From contig OZ361257.1 in the NCBI GenBank assembly GCA_977018835.1, forward strand, positions 1,798,001-1,862,000: a DNA stretch of 64,000 nucleotides, read 5' to 3'. A model generated the notes under the pieces. It worked only from the letters and a program-made list of their open reading frames with translations, was not told the DNA's origin and did no database searches. Shown one piece after another: positions 11,997 through 22,594 of the stretch. The DNA is from Minutocellus sp. GHC0000111. Lineage: Eukaryota. Every line of letters begins with the position of its first letter. The first letter of the stretch is position 1. The translations under genes were made by a program, and so were the position numbers.

Positions 11997-13732
11997 TTAA
12001 CCATCCAAAGTCTGGCGAACGGTGAGGAATGTTTCCTTTACAATTCGATTGTGCTCGAGAATGAGAGGCAAGCGTGGGTGCTCGTTAAAGTCCTTCTCTC
12101 GTCCCTTTTCCGTAAGACGATCCAGTTGCGAGATAAACGTATCGATATGATCCAACAGAAGCACTCGGGTCTTGGGATAGTACTGTTCGTTCAGCGCCCG
12201 CTTCGTATCATAGTCCTCTTCGCGGTGGGCCTTCATCAGCTTTCGCCGATCGCCAACTTTAGTCGAAGACAGGTATCTATGAGAAGTTATGGCCATTGAG
12301 AGAAAATTTCAATTGTTAGTTCAACCTACGATCATAAAAATAAAGATACTAAAAGCATTGCTGAGAGAAATCAACATCAGAACACTCATTTCGAGCATAA
12401 AGAATCCAGGACGGTGTCCTGGTAAAAAAATAGGAACAAAGAAACGCGCGAAACTGAAGAGAAACCGACATATACAAAAGAATGTCAAAGACTTCTGGAC
12501 TGATGGAACCGTCCTTCCCAAATAACATTCGATTCTGGGCATATCCGGGCTCGATCATGTCTTGATTTATGTGAGGTGGGAACAATTTACAGAACACTAC
12601 AGGTGCCGTTTGGTCGAGAAATCCGTAACGCGCAAACAAAAACGAAGGGTTCGTTGGATCGCCGTAGCTCATTCGCAACGGTGTTCCCGCCGGCACATCA
12701 TAAGAGGTTTGGCAGAAGAAGTTGCCATCCTGATCATACATCATTTCGAGCTCCGTTTGCGTGCCATGGTTGAAATAGTCCGCCATGGGCAACAATTTCA
12801 AATCACCGCTACCATCAGGGGCCTCGAACGCTCTGGTGTATACTATTTGGTAGGGGCAAACACCAACAGTTCGGCATTTCCCTTGGTCTCCACGCTCAGA
12901 TAAGGGCATTTCTTCACCGACGTTGTGAGATGATTCATCGTGGCTCGCTCTTCCATTGCCAACTTCCTCATCAAGCTTTGAAAACAATTGTAACAGAACT
13001 GAATATCCTCGACCAAGCCATTACAATTCAAAAGTCGTTCCGAGTGTCAAGATTGTGGTATGTGTGAGATATCGTTATAAAAATCATTCAATAAAGCAAT
13101 AGGAGTCCTAAAGTCAAATATAGCACTCACCGGTGTCATGCTAGCAGCGTTGGTGTAGTATCTGGGCAGGCTGTTGAACCAGGGGAACCACGGCGAATCC
13201 TGTCCCTTCTCCAATTCCAGCAGCACTTTGATCATGAGATAAAATTGCCGTATCTCATCCTCGGCATTGAGCGATTTCAATAGCTTCTCCGCATCCTCCA
13301 TGTCGTCGGTTCGCAATTCCGCCGCAGCCTTGTTGCTGCTCAGTATCATCTGCTCCGGTACGTCATCTGCTCCGGTACGAACACCACCGGTGATCCCGCC
13401 GGTAGGTCGGTCACTGTTCGGGCATACACATCGAACCCGCCATCGTCGCTGGTTAGTTCAAACCCCTCCGCCTTTTGGACTCAGCATACTTCCGCCCATT
13501 CCATCATGGTCGGAATGTCCCTCGGTGCATTCTCCCCAATATCAATGGCGGGAACTCCCGGTGCTGAGAGAGGGGAAGATATGTGAAGTTGAGTTGTGGA
13601 GCATGGGTCAATACTTCTGACCCTTGTTGTGGAGGATACCATTGAGGGGGCAATCTGAAAGCCAGAAACGACAGTAAACGATACCGCCGCTAAGGCGACA
13701 CAACCGGACGGTAATAATCGTCTCAGGGGCAT
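11997..13732 (-). pseudogene. SET-domain (Rubisco LSMT-like) methyltransferase pseudogene with signal/plastid presequence
   Basis: Colinear with the paralog at 18340-19917 (SPWFPW.NSLPR, PMADYFNHG, PLRMSYGDPTNPS..FARYGFLD, EHPRLPLIL.HN..VKETFL). Lesions: in-frame TGA at 13481-13483, a 17-bp tandem duplication at 13346-13379 and a frameshift near 12850. GT-AG introns lie near 12278-12469 and below 13131. Confidence 0.88.
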
Positions 13733-14320
13733 GGTTGCGTAGCAATGTTTGTGGCAGTTCGCGTACCGCTCAGCAAGACAAACGGCCAAGCAAGGAACAG
13801 TCAGTCATCTGCCCTGATTATCATCATCGCATCGTTCCTTGCTCAGCTCAGCTTAAGAGGGCGCTGTCCATAACTTTTAGGAAGCCCCCAAAATGCGTGT
13901 TTTGTGCCGTTTTTTCTTCGCACCATCGCCAAAGTTAGCACTCCAACGTGACAATGGGCTCCTCATCGAAGGCCGCCGCTCTCCACAGTGGCGAAGAGTC
14001 ATCGACGTTCCTTTCCAGCATTAAGTCGGAAATCCCTCCAGGAACACTTGGTTCAGAGGAACTTCGATGAATCAACTCTCCCTCAGAAACACAACAGTCG
14101 ACGCACACGTCATCGTCGGATCGACCGAAATTAGTCTCGGCCGACGCATAACCAGCATTGGTGGTGCTGGTGGGAAGACATCTTGAAGTTTTGCTGTTGG
14201 GAGGTAAGGGGATATTTGTTTGGGGTATTTTTGCACGTCTCCCTCATTTGGGGTTCTTTTTGTAAGGTTCTCATCGAAAAGCGCATCTTGCGCCAGAACC
14301 GACAAAACAAAAAAACAACC

Positions 14321-16623
14321 ATGGAAACATCACGTGCTAACGCCAAGGAGGCAATCCCCTCACTCTTGCTCTCATTCCCAGACGACGCCAGATGTACTTA
14401 CTACACTATTGATGAGCTTGTCCGTGTCTTGATGCGCGGTGGCGTGTCGCCGAGCTTAGAGAGATCTCTCTTGTTCGATCATCTCTTCAACACGTCCCAA
14501 CACGACACGAGGTCAATGTCCAACGACGACGTCCAGAGAAAACATCAGGCCTTGACGTTGCAAAGCCCTTCTACCGCTTCTCCAGAACAGCCGATAACGC
14601 CAGCCCACGCTCTCAACGCAATGGCAAGCGATCACTGCCGACCATGCCTGAAAATTACTTCCAGGACGATGAAAAGCATGGGCCCCATCTCAACGCTATT
14701 CCGACAAGAATTCTTCGGGCGGTCGGTCATCTACTCCCACCGCCAACGCTACCGATCGTCCCAACATCACCGGCGTGCAGCTCAATGGCAAAAGAATTGT
14801 GGTTGAGATGAAGCAGCTGCATGATTTCGTACAGAATCTCCACCGATCGTGCGGCAATCTGCATCTCTCGGCCGAGCCAGTTCGGCGTGGATTCGGCGTT
14901 ACATTTGAATGGCGATGCGACAGATGCAACCAACCTTTTTCTTTTTGCACTTGGATCGGCCAGAGGTCAGAAGTTGTGTGCCCCGGCAGAAAGCATTCTA
15001 GAAGTCAGGCTGGAATGAACTTGGAGCTGATGGAGGCAGCGGAAGATGAGGCCATGTGCGCAAGTCGCTTCATGAATTTCTGCACGAAGGCCGACATCGT
15101 CCATCCGACCGAAAAGAATGCCCGACAGGCGGAAAAGAAATGCAGAGCAGCGGCTATTGAAGCAGCTGATGAAATCATTGACGAGAACAGGGCAAAAGCA
15201 CATGCCGCTAGCAGCAAGACTGTTGAGTTTGAACAAGGCGGCGAGATGCACACGGCGGCGGTGGTTGCGGTGGCCCAAGACGGCAGCGCCCTCAAACGCG
15301 ACTACGGCCATTGCTACACTGGCTCTGCTGCAGCGGTGTTTGCCGTAGACAAGGAAACTGGCCTTGTTGTTGACAAGGGAATCTCTCAGGCAAGCTGCCA
15401 CTGTTGCGTGAGAGCCTGCAATGCAAGATTGAGGGAGAGGCGGGAAGCCGGCAATCCAATAACGCCGAGTGAGCTCAAAAACATGAGCAAGGATGAGACA
15501 CTGGCCCTGTACGACCATGATGGCTTCTGCTATCGCAACTCTTCCTACTCCCCCGGTGTGGCAGAGGAGCATCTGGCCGAGAATGTTGGGAGTTGAAAAT
15601 TTTAATGCCATCCCCCGACCACGCATCAATCGGATGAAACAGGACATTTCGAAGATTGCTGATCGGTACAAGCACAGCGTTCTCGATCAGCCCGATGGTG
15701 CTGTGTCCGAGGAGGAAAAACAAAGTCATCTGGCCCTCCTTCAGAAAGAACTCCAGTCCGTCGTTCGTCACCAATGTGGCATTCACACTTTTTGCACCAC
15801 CAACACGTGTGATTGGATTCGCCTCAGCATTGCTCATCCTGATTGGAGTGATGGCAAGCTCGATGAGGAATGGAGCTCGGGGAATCAATTCGATGGCGAC
15901 ATATTGGAGATTAGTGACGACACGATTCGCAAGATGACGCTTGAAATAACCAAGAGAATCAACAAGAATACTGCCGACTCCAACTGCAAGAAGGAATCTA
16001 CCACCGGCGTCGAACAGCTCAACGGGATGGTGACGAAGTTCACGATGGGGAAAAGGCCGAATTTGACTGCTTCAGACGCCTACCCAAATGCAACAAGTAG
16101 AGCCGCTGGCCACAAGTCACTGGGTACGGAATTCAATGAGCGAGTTCTTGGAAAGTTGGGATCGAGGGATTCTCCTACCCGAAAAGATGGATTCGATGCA
16201 ATTGACCGGAAGCTCGAGGGCGACCTTGCGCGTAAGCGCACCGATGAGTACAAAAAGAGCAAGAGCGACAGCAAGCGCCTTCGAGCAGCCTTGCGAAACA
16301 GAAGCGAGAAAGACGACAAGGACTATGTGTACAAGAAGAACAGGGCCCTAGCTGCTGGTAAGGCGAAACCAGCAAAGCCTGGCCGCAAGAAGAAGATTGA
16401 CCAGCAGTGTCAGAAATGCAAGCAGCTTGGCCACACTCGGGCTGAATGTCAATGCGACGATGCTGACGACGTTGTCGTTTACGCCGGAAAGAAGCGCAGA
16501 AGCCCAGGCAGCAACAAGAAATCTGCAAGAAGTAATAAGAAAGCTAAGACAAACTTCGGTGTATCGGCAAATGATGTTAGCTCTTGGATGCCGGCGATAC
16601 TGAGAGAAAATGGCAGCTTGTAA
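14321..16623 (+). pseudogene. Kolobok DDE transposase, copy 2
   Basis: Same motifs and frame breaks as copy 1, plus a private 13-bp deletion near 14696. Confidence 0.85.
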
Positions 16624-16727
16624 ACACGTGTAAAATATTTTATCACTGTAAATAAAAATGGATTTATTGTGTGCTGTTACTCACGTGCTACGCACATTCT
16701 TGTTATCTACATGTGTTGAGGTAATGA

Positions 16728-17950
16728 TTATGCATTTTCCTCTTCTTCTTCCTCTTCATCTTGATGACCAGGGATGAATCCAACATATCGTTCACCTTTA
16801 TCATTTGGATAAATGAACCTAATGCAAAAGACTAGACAGGTTGGCAAGGGCTTCCGATCAAGCCAACCTCTCACATGATACACCTCAGTTGCATAGTACC
16901 AATACAGCATGTTCCTCTTCAAATTATTTGCCATGGCTTCGACTGGCATGGTGGTTGCGTAGTATTTGTCAGCGATATCCTCCAGGTCCTCCTCCGTCGG
17001 CACCAGCATTTCTTCGCAGACGCATTTCTGAAAGAAGAGTGTGCCGTACATTGAGCAGCTTCGGTTGGCGGCAGTGCAGCAAGCAGGGGGTATTGGCGGC
17101 CTCTCTCTGGTCTCGTCCCAATTACCGAATGTGTCTGCCTCCGGCGCTGCCGTCGGATCATCGTCGGCTTCCTCACAAACGGCCGCAACAAGAGCATCCG
17201 TGTCCGATCTGATCGCTGCTGATGGCCAACCTGCAGAAGTTGGCCCATTCCAACAATATCAAAATCAACTAGTCCAATCCCAGCAGTAGAGTGTATGTCA
17301 TCATATGGAGCCACATGCCATCGGTGGAACTTTGTCAATTTGATCACATGGCCCTGTTGTAGACTTCGGGCCTTTTCGGTAATTGTCAGGGCAACACGAG
17401 CGACGATAAGCTTTCCGCTTCCATCAAGCAAAGTAAGCGATGTGGTGTTGAAAGGTCGGCCGTGCGCAGCAAGAGCCGATCCAATATCGATCCGTTTCCC
17501 ATGAAGTTGAAATATAGGGAAGAATTCAGGTCCGGCGTCAAACATGGGATCTTGCAATTGATCGACGATGCCGACCGTCAGCCTCAACTTCACATCAGCC
17601 ACGGACAGGTTGGTAACTACGAGGCCGGGCCGCTCAGCAGCGACATCAATATCATCCCGAACATGATACTTATCAGCGCGAGCCTCGACTGCTTTGACAA
17701 GATGTTGAAGTGCATGGCCGACGCCGGGATTGTTCCATAATTCTCGTCCTTGTCCGTTCGGGTCGTTCTCCAACGTGACGGCGAGGCCCTCCAGTATCTC
17801 GGTAACGGCGTCTTTCGCTTTGTCCTCCGCCTTCTCTTTCTTCTTGTCAACAGGCAAAATCGGGCGACCGGAGTTATCTGTCTTGAGTTTCCGCAACCGC
17901 GTATCTGCGTTGTGGGCCGGGCCGGCACTATTATCAGCGCTGCGCTTCAT
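16728..17950 (-). CDS. Kolobok accessory protein: putative OB-fold plus Cys-rich KolX domain, with one frameshift near 17237
   Basis: C-terminal 'R..LY..Y.....G...R.PLP.C.V..IR..YP...G..YVGF' is the KolX / P2X7 C-terminal-like motif, preceded by CC.....CS.YG.....CVC. That frame is open up to ~17240, where it meets ORF 16919-17950. Confidence 0.8.
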
Positions 17951-18339
17951 CGTAATGAAGAGGGGGCAGAGCGGCGATTCTCATGGTGGGGTCAAGTTTT
18001 TGTCATGCTTCGCTCGTCATAAGAAATAAGAATAAGGGGGATTAAAAACGGGGAAAATTATGGACAGCGCCCTCTTAAGGTAAAATGAGACGCGACTTGT
18101 GTATGCGGAAAACTGACGTCTGAAGCGAAGAGAGAACACGCGAGGCCAAGATGACGAATTTCTGTGGCGGAGGCCAACGGCGGCATACCTTTCGTGCGGC
18201 CGCAAAGGCTAAAAGCCAATACCGGCAACTGAATCAGCAGCTGAGGAACACGCACGCGCTGCCGATTGTTCTTCATTGATCCGTATTTTCATTCATTTAT
18301 TTTCCCAGCTCATAATTTTCAAAAAGCAGCACGAAAAAT

Positions 18340-19917
18340 ATGAGGCTCTCATTCGTCACCGTTGCTTCTGCGGCCGTCGTCCTATCGGCTGCCATCGCCT
18401 CGGCCTTTGCTCCTACTCGAGCAGCTGCACCGCTGGCCGGGCCTGCTTCTTCCTCGCAAAGGAGCAGCCTATACATGGGCATTGACTTCAGCGAGCGTGC
18501 AGAGCGACAGTAAGTTGTTTGCAGTATATTATATGCTCGTTTTCCCCTCGGATCTTTCTCCCCTCCAATTGCTGACACGCATGTAATCTTTCCCCTATTA
18601 TTGTATCGATCTCATGTCAAAATCACAGAGTCCAACCCTTTGACGAGTGGGCGACCAACTGCGGAGTTCAGCGCGCGCCAGGCTTTCAGATCAATTCCGA
18701 AGATGGACTGGACTACCAAGTCATCTCCAACGAAAATCTAGCCGAGGGCAGCCCCGTCCTGTTCGTACCGGACAATATGATCTTCAGTACCCGTGCCGCC
18801 AAGGAGGAGTTTGGCGGTGCCGTCCAGGAGGCCGTGTCGTATCTGGGCCGTCTGGGCGGTAACGATGCCGTTCCGCAGTTTTATCTTTTCATCAAGGTCC
18901 TTCTGGAATACAGCAAGGGCACTGACAGTCCGTGGTTCCCCTGGTTGAACTCCATGCCCCGATTGTTTTACAATGCGGTATCGATGACGGATTTCTGTTA
19001 CGAATGCTTGCCCCCCCTTGTGTTGGGCTTGGCTCGTGGCGAGAAGGTCAAGCTGGATAACTTTTACGATGCTCTGCAAAAGGTCGATGGCTTGGATCCG
19101 GCCATCAAGGGCAACAGAGATTTGGCCAAGTGGGCATTCAACATTGTTTTCACCCGTAGCTTTGGCCCGGATGACAACAAGCAGATCGTTCCCATGGGCG
19201 ATATGTTCAACCACGGAACGGAGACAGAGGTTGCAGTGAACTATAATGACGATGGCAGTGTGGCCGTTTATACCACACGTGATGTGCCAGCAGGATCGCC
19301 CCTTCGCATGAGCTACGGAGACCCAACCAACCCTTCGTACTTCTTTGCAAGATACGGATTCTTGGATGAGAGGTGAGGATTGAATAGTCCCATGTGTATG
19401 TTCATTTTTGAATCTCTATATCCTCTTGCTCTTCTTACTTATGTCCTATTTCTGTCTCGTATTTACATTCAGCTCGCCTGCGACGTTTTGCAAATTGATG
19501 TTGACGCCTACCGCACAGCTCAAGGACATGGGATACGACTACTCGCGCATGTTGTTTTACAAAGAGACGGGAGATGTCAGTGAAGAGGTCTGGGATGTTT
19601 TGTTATTCCAGCAGCTAGCAAGCAATCGGGATGTCCAGCAACAGTTCTACAATGCCCATATGAATGGAGATGCGGAGCAGAAGCGGCAGATCCATCAGCA
19701 ATACTTTGCAGAAACCAGCGCGGCGCTTCTCAAACACATTGACACTTTCCTGAAGCAGTTGGAGGATCTCAGTGCCAAGGGCGTAGGCAAGTCGGAGATG
19801 GAGCATCCTCGGCTGCCTCTGATCTTGAGACACAACGAATTCGTAAAGGAGACCTTTTTGCAGGTCCGCCAGCGCATCGAGCCAATGGTCAGAGAGGCTC
19901 AGGGTCAATTTGCGTGA
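18340..19917 (+). CDS. Plastid-targeted SET-domain (Rubisco LSMT-like) lysine methyltransferase; exons 18340-18509, 18629-19372, 19473-19917
   Basis: Signal peptide plus ASAFAP. Two GT-AG introns restore the frame. Motifs: 'VFTRSF', 'VPMGDMFNH', 'MSYG..TN......YGFL'. Confidence 0.92.
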
Positions 19918-21061
19918 GAGAAAGATAGCATAGAGACATATTTACCAAATGCAATTCAGTTGTGAAAACTGTCTTGAATTTTAGGTAGTACTTGGTTACT
20001 GCATGTGCGGGTAATTTATGAACGGTCTGTGTTTGAGATACTTATGAACCATGACAACATGGCATACCGCATTGACCTTTGCTGTAACCAGCAAATGTAG
20101 CTGCGCCGATCGCGTACGCGTAAAAAAAAAAACTGAGCAATAAAGCACTACTGTCACCAAGCTGCCGGTTGAGCTACATGTGTGTGTGTGGCGCTACCGT
20201 ACATGTACATCTACCGTAGTGTACACATACATTCATGTCGCGCCGTCGCAGTAAGAAGCTCAGGGGGTTGAGTCTGCTGCGCCAAATGATTCGACGGCGG
20301 GTATTCAGTATAAGGGCTTACATGTACGATCAAGCGAGGGAAGGGCCTCTGCTCTTTCGGCCTGACTTGTGGTGGCGTGAGACGCTCTGTGCAGGAACAG
20401 GTGAGCAGGAACAGGTTGTGTTGTGTCAGGCTGGATGGGCGGTAGAATCAGATGGCGCGCTTTTTGCCTTTGAACTTTTTAGGTCTATTGAACTACAATT
20501 ATGAAAACATTTTAACGATTTACACCATTATCGAACAATGTGCATTCAGTCGGTTGAGACAAATAGATAAATATTTAGTAGACCTAAATTCAATTGCAAG
20601 ACACGGCCGGCGGCTGAATCTGCTGACACGCCTTGACGCCGCCGATTTGCAAATACAATGATGCCACTGCCACGCGTGCACTTTGAAGAAAGAGTGATCA
20701 ACCGGCCCATAGTTCGCTCAGCTCGACGATAGTTGACGTTTGAGAGCCAATCCTTGTCTGATTGCATATATAGCATTGTATCTTTCGTTAGGTAAGCACA
20801 TCATTGTCTACCTGGTTGACTTCGTTGAATCTGCTTGAGCATTCTTCCACTCTTCGATCGGCACTTTGACTTTTCGTCGATCGATACGAAGTCATTGCCA
20901 TTTAAATCAATCGTTTCTGGGCTGTCTTTCTCACCAATCAAGTGGTGTCAACTCATTACATACATCGTGCAATGTTTTCTTTCTCTTCCATCCGCATCCA
21001 CAGCTTCTTCGCTACATTGATTCTTCGATTCTTCATTCTACAATTATTCTCTACAATCAAA

Positions 21062-22150
21062 ATGTCTTCGCCTGATACCGCCGCCAACGAGAAAGACCTA
21101 ACGGCCATGCTCGACAAGATGAGTGACACCAAAGGCCTATCCAACTTGTCCGATGCCACCGAGGACTGGACCGACGTCAAGCACTCCAAGCGCAAGAAGC
21201 GCGATCGCATCTTGGCCGACGGCGTCGTCCTCAAGCTGATGCAAAAGTCGGACTACCAGGGCTTCAAGCGTCTGTTCGAAAACTTGGCCATTATGGCAGC
21301 CACGGCCTATGCCATCCACCGGCTGGAGGTCTTTCCTCTCACTATGAATGCCCTCGTCGACTGGCACAAAATGGTGATCTTCGTCCCCCTCTACCTGTTC
21401 TACGGATTCCAATTCCAAGCCTTCGCCTTTGCTGGACAGCACGAATTCTTGCATGGCAATGCCTTCAAGACCAAAAGGTACAACGATTACGTCCTATTCA
21501 TCTTCAGCTGTGTTTGCTTCGAGTTTGGCACCCACGAGCGCCTCATGCACAAGCAGCACCATACCTTCACCAATAACATCGATAAGGATCCCGAGCTCAC
21601 CTCCTACTTTAGCCGTGAGGAGCTCGAAACTCCTGGATTTCGCAATGTCCCCCTTGGCCGATACGCCTACTTCAAGCAATTCCTCGACGTCTGGTCGACC
21701 TGGTCCTGCCGTGTCCTACGCATCATCAACTCGGCCCGGGGCATCCCCGTCGACTACTCTGGCCGTGGTTGGTCCATGCAGACCGAGCCTTACAGTCCTG
21801 AGTCTGGTCTGATGCAGTCCCTCCAGGCTGCCGCTCGGAAACAGCTCGCCGTCTATACTATTGTGTTTGGCCTCTTCGGCCAGACCAAGGAGGGCCTCGC
21901 CGCCCTGGCCTTCTGGTGGTTCGCCCCCGTCATCATCGGCTACCCCGCTGTCAACTACGTTCGTAACCTCGAGCATGCCGATTGCGAGGTGAGCAAGGAG
22001 ATGAACTGCCTCAAGAATACCCGTACCGTCGAGTCCAACGAAACCAAATGCTTCACGGCACAAAACTGGGCCTGCTGCAAGCCTGGTGGTTGGATCGATC
22101 AGCAGGCCAGCTTCGCCGAAGAGCACTCCGAGCATGCCAAGGCTAGCTAA
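21062..22150 (+). CDS. Membrane fatty-acid desaturase/hydroxylase family protein lacking the third His box
   Basis: His boxes QHEFLH and HKQHH, 'DKDPE', hydrophobic segments and 'EH...NTRT'. The HxxHH box normally following NTRT is absent. Confidence 0.8.
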   Translation: MSSPDTAANEKDLTAMLDKMSDTKGLSNLSDATEDWTDVKHSKRKKRDRILADGVVLKLMQKSDYQGFKRLFENLAIMAATAYAIHRLEVFPLTMNALVDWHKMVIFVPLYLFYGFQFQAFAFAGQHEFLHGNAFKTKRYNDYVLFIFSCVCFEFGTHERLMHKQHHTFTNNIDKDPELTSYFSREELETPGFRNVPLGRYAYFKQFLDVWSTWSCRVLRIINSARGIPVDYSGRGWSMQTEPYSPESGLMQSLQAAARKQLAVYTIVFGLFGQTKEGLAALAFWWFAPVIIGYPAVNYVRNLEHADCEVSKEMNCLKNTRTVESNETKCFTAQNWACCKPGGWIDQQASFAEEHSEHAKAS

Positions 22151-22594
22151 AACGGCACCGCCATTTTCTGAGACATTTTTCACCCGTCTCAACTCCCTTT
22201 GTTGTGGGATTTTGATCACCAATTCCTACCCAACACTTTTGTATCACTACAATATCAATCAATCAAGATCGAGCGCATTTTCAATACAGCACACTTCGCG
22301 CTCTGTATCACCGCTATTTTGCTACAGTAATATTTTTATATCATTATTTTGACAACAAGTCACACCAACCGAATGCTATCTTACCAAGGAACAAAAGATA
22401 ATCAGAACATAGAAAACTAACGATAATAAATCGAGCTATTAGAACAGCAATAGGTGATATGTGATAAAAATGACGAAGGTTAGACCATCTTGAGCTGAAA
22501 ATCGCCCTTACCGACCCAGCTAGCTATGTAGTTATCCAACGCAACTGCGATACGGTTCACTATTATAAGTATTTTATTCTATTGTGCTCATATT

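Larger units (their letters stand above)
13857..18074 (+). mobile_element. Kolobok DNA transposon with both ends (4218 bp), probably non-autonomous
   Basis: Perfect 17-bp TIRs GAGGGCGCTGTCCATAA (13857-13873 and 18058-18074), with TTAA on both sides (13853-13856, 18075-18078). RR..YY termini and convergent transposase and KolX genes match the Kolobok superfamily signature. Confidence 0.95.

Noticed and set aside
12278..12469. AT-rich, Lys-rich ORF (12289-12525) suggesting an organellar insertion
   Set aside because: On the minus strand it is bounded by GT...TAG, and removing it restores LLYIYLSS in the SET gene, so it is an intron.
8468..18074. KolobokP-type composite element with long terminal direct repeats and a His-Me nuclease
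   Set aside because: The repeats are inverted whole-element copies, not direct terminal repeats, and no His-Me finger motif was seen.
20640..20780. Possible class 3 lipase relic on the minus strand (DWLSNV...KVHA across two frames)
   Set aside because: Too short and frame-broken, with no GxSxG motif; cannot be supported.
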